Shown piece after piece: positions 60,362-64,000 of a stretch of DNA of 64,000 nucleotides. The stretch comes from Macrostomum hystrix (lineage: Eukaryota > Animalia > Platyhelminthes). The stretch spans positions 3,348,001-3,412,000 of the forward strand of contig CATNEN010000041.1 of NCBI GenBank assembly GCA_950097015.1, read 5' to 3'. Within the stretch, counting starts at the first letter, position 1. Every line of letters begins with the position of its first letter. Made by a program: the position numbers and the translations under genes. A model generated the notes under the pieces. It was not told where the DNA came from. It saw only the letters and a program-made list of their open reading frames with translations, and ran no database searches.

Positions 60362-61499
60362 GGTAACCAACTGGTAAGGATGGCAGGGCGGGGCGCCAAG
60401 GGCGGCTTGGTAAAATAACGCTTGTCTGAGGGAAAGTGAAATGAAGACCAGTAAGGTTTTCGCCAATCAAAAAAGAACAAAAATCGAAAAACTGTTGATC
60501 CTAGTTCGCTTAGAAATGTAGTCTGAATATACATAACTTTAATGTTTATGCTGGCAACATCACAGGGCACACAGCAAATAGTGACATGTGCGTTGCAAAA
60601 ATAAATTGCTGGGTAATTCCCATGGACTTATTACAATTAAAAAAACTGAACAATTCCTACTATCTGGATAACTACTTGTACGAGTACTTTGTAACTTCTA
60701 TGAACTATTTTTTTAGTTGATATTATCTGTGTAAATATTATTATTGCATTATTTGGACAGTTAAGGTGTAAAAACTAGTGACACATTGTGTTTTGTTGTT
60801 AAAATATCTGCACTAAATTGTTGAATTGAAGTTATTTTTTCTATAAGTTATTACAATAATCACTAACCTGGTGTCATATACTCGTAAAGATAGTAATGAT
60901 TAAAATGCATGCCATAATAGTTATTTGTGGTTTTCTATAAAATACTGTAGCAGAGTGAAGCCAAACTACAGATACTAGAACAAACTAGATGTCACTGTCA
61001 ATATAACTGATGAAAAAAACAGTGGCTACTTTTTCAGTAGACCCTTCAGGCATGTTTTACAAATATATTTTGCTAACAAAAATTTGCTTCCATCCTTGCA
61101 TATTGGTTAAGGGTCTCTCATGTTGCTTGGTGTGAGCTTGATTTTCAGACAGTGTCAGAGATACTATTTTCTTTGGTACAAGAAAAGTAATTTATAAGCC
61201 CATAACCGCTAACCTTGAATTTGACACTCTCCCTAACTATATCTTTGAATTATAGTTAGTTATAGTTATAGTTAGTCTTTGTCAAATTCAAGGAGGTTGC
61301 TAACAATTTCAACAAATTGTACAATGATACCAAATATACTAAAAGCCTATTTGATCATAAAACTGCTAGGTGCCAGAGTGTTGCTTGTGCACTCTGGATA
61401 ACAGACCAATTGTTGAATTGTTGGTGAGAATGCGGTTACTGCTGCCATTTGGTCCTCGGCCACCTCTAAGGCCATTGGACTAGATGCCCCTGCCCTATC

Positions 61500-62350
61500 A
61501 TGTTTAAGCACCATGGACCCAAAGGCTTAGCCTAGTTTTCTGTTGCCTGCTGAAACTCTGTATGAGGAGTAAAGTCTTTCCAGCGACACGGACCACAACT
61601 AAGGTGGTCCCTCTCCTCAAACTGGGCAAAGAAGCCACCCTTGGGTCCTCATATGTGCCTATCTATATCCTTTCTCCAGCAATTAAAATTTTAGAGAAGT
61701 GTATGCCCCCAGCATTTCAAGCCCCACTAAAATTCCTCCATGACAGCATGGCTTCAGACCAGGCTAATTGACGACCACCACTCTTTTTGGTCTCAGTAAT
61801 TCCATAAGCAATAGGCTAAACCAATCTAAACCTGCTTAGCACACCTTGGTTGTTGCTCTTGACCTTCAAATGACCTTCAATAGGGTGAATCATGCACAGC
61901 CTGCTGTGCAATATGCTTCTCAACATGAATCTGCCTAGAGCCCAGTTCACTTCAAGCATGCATATCTTAGTGGGCAGTCCATACACATTGAGTTGAAAAT
62001 TCCAGGTCCAGATGGGCGCAAGGGCGAATGCTCTTTCCTTTACTCTTTATCTTCTATATGTCAGAAATGCCCAGCCTACTTCTGAATCTCTATGTCGCTC
62101 AATATATAGATGACATTACTATAGGTGCTTGGGCTTCCATCAGCTAGCCTGATTGGCCTGTATCTAACAAGCCCACTGGTAGCACTTGAGTCCAACCCTG
62201 GATCCTTTGGCATTACCCACAGTTGACAATGGCTGCGCCAGCCTTGCCACACTGGCTAAAATTTCAACATTCTACAATGGATCCTGGGCCATGCAGACAT
62301 CCTTACCCCACAACATTTCTGTTCCATTAGAGCAAGCAAACAAGCTCATT
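61500..62350 (+). pseudogene. Highly degenerate non-LTR RT fragment
   Basis: TKVVPLLKLGK...SSYVPIYILSPAIKILEK resembles the RT domain-1 motif, followed by LDLQMTFNRVNH; many stops. Confidence 0.7.
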
Positions 62351-62671
62351 CCAATTTTCTAACTTGTAGGCTTCAAATTTTGTTATCTACCATAACTGTC
62401 TAGATTGCTAGCATGAGACCTATGGCACAACTGTCACTAGCCATGAGCTTGCTGACCCCTAAGCCAACAAAAGACCTCTTGTGGCAGCAAGAGCAGCTCA
62501 TCTGTCAACTGCTGCCCTGCTCTGTGGGGCTGCTCTGCCATATATGAAGAAGAATAAGAATATATATATATTACTAAAAACCTAAAAACCCTAAAAACCC
62601 TAAATATGCATAAAAATAGGCATCCCTAAAAACCTTTATAGACAGGTTTATGAACCTACTAAAATAGTAAC

Positions 62672-62842
62672 TTTTTTGTAGGAATAAAGTTAAAAAGCCT
62701 ATATCAATAGCTATATTCCAACTGTAATTCCTAGGCCTAATGTAGGCCTTTTTTGTAGGAATAAAGTTAAAAAGCCTGTATCAATAGCTATATTCCAACT
62801 GTAATTCCTGGGCCTAATGTAGGCCTTTTTTGTAGGAATAAA
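62672..62842. repeat. 77-bp tandem duplication (2.3 copies)
   Basis: gtaggaataaa recurs at 62678, 62755 and 62832. Confidence 0.88.
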
Positions 62843-64000
62843 TGCTTGCACCAGCGGGACACAGCGCCTGTGAGGTATGAGTCAGTCCAGGCCCACGGGC
62901 TAAGGTCTGCAATGCCTCACACCTGTAGTCGCTTTTTGAGCAGGCTTGGCAGGAGGATGCCCTGTGCCTTCGGGTGCAGGAACCCCTCCACGCTGTCCCG
63001 TCAGCTGACCCATGGGTACACGTCCCGCGAGTGTTCAAGGCTGACCCTAGGGCAGCCGGACAGAATGGGCAACAGCGATGGATGACCCATCCAGGGCCTC
63101 TGGCCAAACTGGGTACCTCTAGCCCCGGCTGGAGGGAAAGGTGTCACCCTTTGACCTTAACAGGGTATGCGGCCAGTCCGCAACGTTCGTGCACCTGTGT
63201 GTGATCAGGTACCTCTGGCTACGGCTCTGAGGGAAAGGTGTCACCCTTTGACCTCTAACAGAGTATGCGGCCAGTCCGCAGCGTTCGTGCACCTGTGCGT
63301 GATCAGGTACCTCTGGCTATGGCTCTGAGGAAAAGGTGTCACCCTTTGACCTTTAAACAGGGTATGCGGCCAGTCCGCAGCGTTTGTGCACCTGTGCATG
63401 ATCAGGTACCTCTGGTTTCGGCTCTGAGGAAAGGGTGTCACCCTTTGACCTTAACAGGGTATGCGGCCAGTCCGCAGCATTCGTTTACCTGTGCATGATC
63501 AGGTTCCTCGGGCTACAGCTCTGAGGGAAAGGTGCCACCCTTTGGCCTTACAGGGTACGCAGCCAGTCTGCGGGCCCGGCACTGCCTTTTTGTGCTCTCT
63601 AATGCCTAAGGTCTCACCGCCCCGAGGGGCTGGGAGGTCCGGGGAGTAAACCGGCCTTTAGCGGTCATTCATTCCTTTTTTTGCTTTCCAGCGACTTCTC
63701 CAAGTTATGACTGACAATAACTTAAATAATACGATGGAGATCAAGGAGGCACCCACGCCTCGCGAAGGGCCCTCCCCGGACGACATCACGAACACCGCAG
63801 GACCAATCTACACAGGACCTGCCCCATCCAGCATTGGGCCCAACGAGCCGCCTAACGCCAAGCTGAGCAGCACGTCCGGCGCTGCCCGCCGCAGATGCCT
63901 CAAAGCAAAGCTGCAGGCCGCGGGCGCCTTCGACGCTTCAAACTCCAGGCCTAGGCCGAAGGAGGCCCAGCCGACCGAGGCGGCCGAGGCGGGAGGCCCC
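62843..64000 (+). mobile_element. 5' end of a non-LTR retrotransposon (same family as 49263-51332) with tandem 5'UTR monomers; ORF1 starts at 63707 and runs off the window
   Basis: 63530-63700 closely matches 49300-49470. About 98-bp monomers at about 63127, 63223, 63321, 63420, 63517. ORF MTDNNLNNTMEIKEAP...SGAARRRCLKAKL is open for 98 codons to the window end. Confidence 0.8.

Overview
Eukaryotic (invertebrate) genomic DNA with GT-AG introns; roughly 38% of the window (about 24.6 kb by my count) is minisatellite-type tandem arrays. The repeat landscape and retroelement types are reminiscent of the flatworm Macrostomum, but this is inference only. Five protein-coding genes can be reconstructed with splice phases checked by hand: an NRAMP/SLC11 metal transporter (+, 2361-5666, candidate first exon 490-522), PAQR3 (-, 6 exons, 334 aa, with a 9.8-kb intron made almost entirely of a 57/58-bp satellite), an intronless CYP2-clan P450 (-, 503 aa), a 2-exon calmodulin-like EF-hand gene (-, about 175 aa) and ZER1/ZYG11 (-, 3 exons, about 824 aa). 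Mobile DNA includes several non-LTR retrotransposon fragments, one LINE insertion with a 5' inversion flanked by a 10-bp TSD, a LINE 5' end with about 98-bp tandem monomers, and an internally deleted Ngaro/DIRS-type retroelement with A1-B1-A2-B2 split direct repeats plus a solo A-B unit. Most long ORFs in the ORF track are artefacts of stop-free tandem repeats. I saw no rRNA, tRNA or CRISPR array. The most unusual features are tandem arrays anchored at splice sites and the retroelement architectures.
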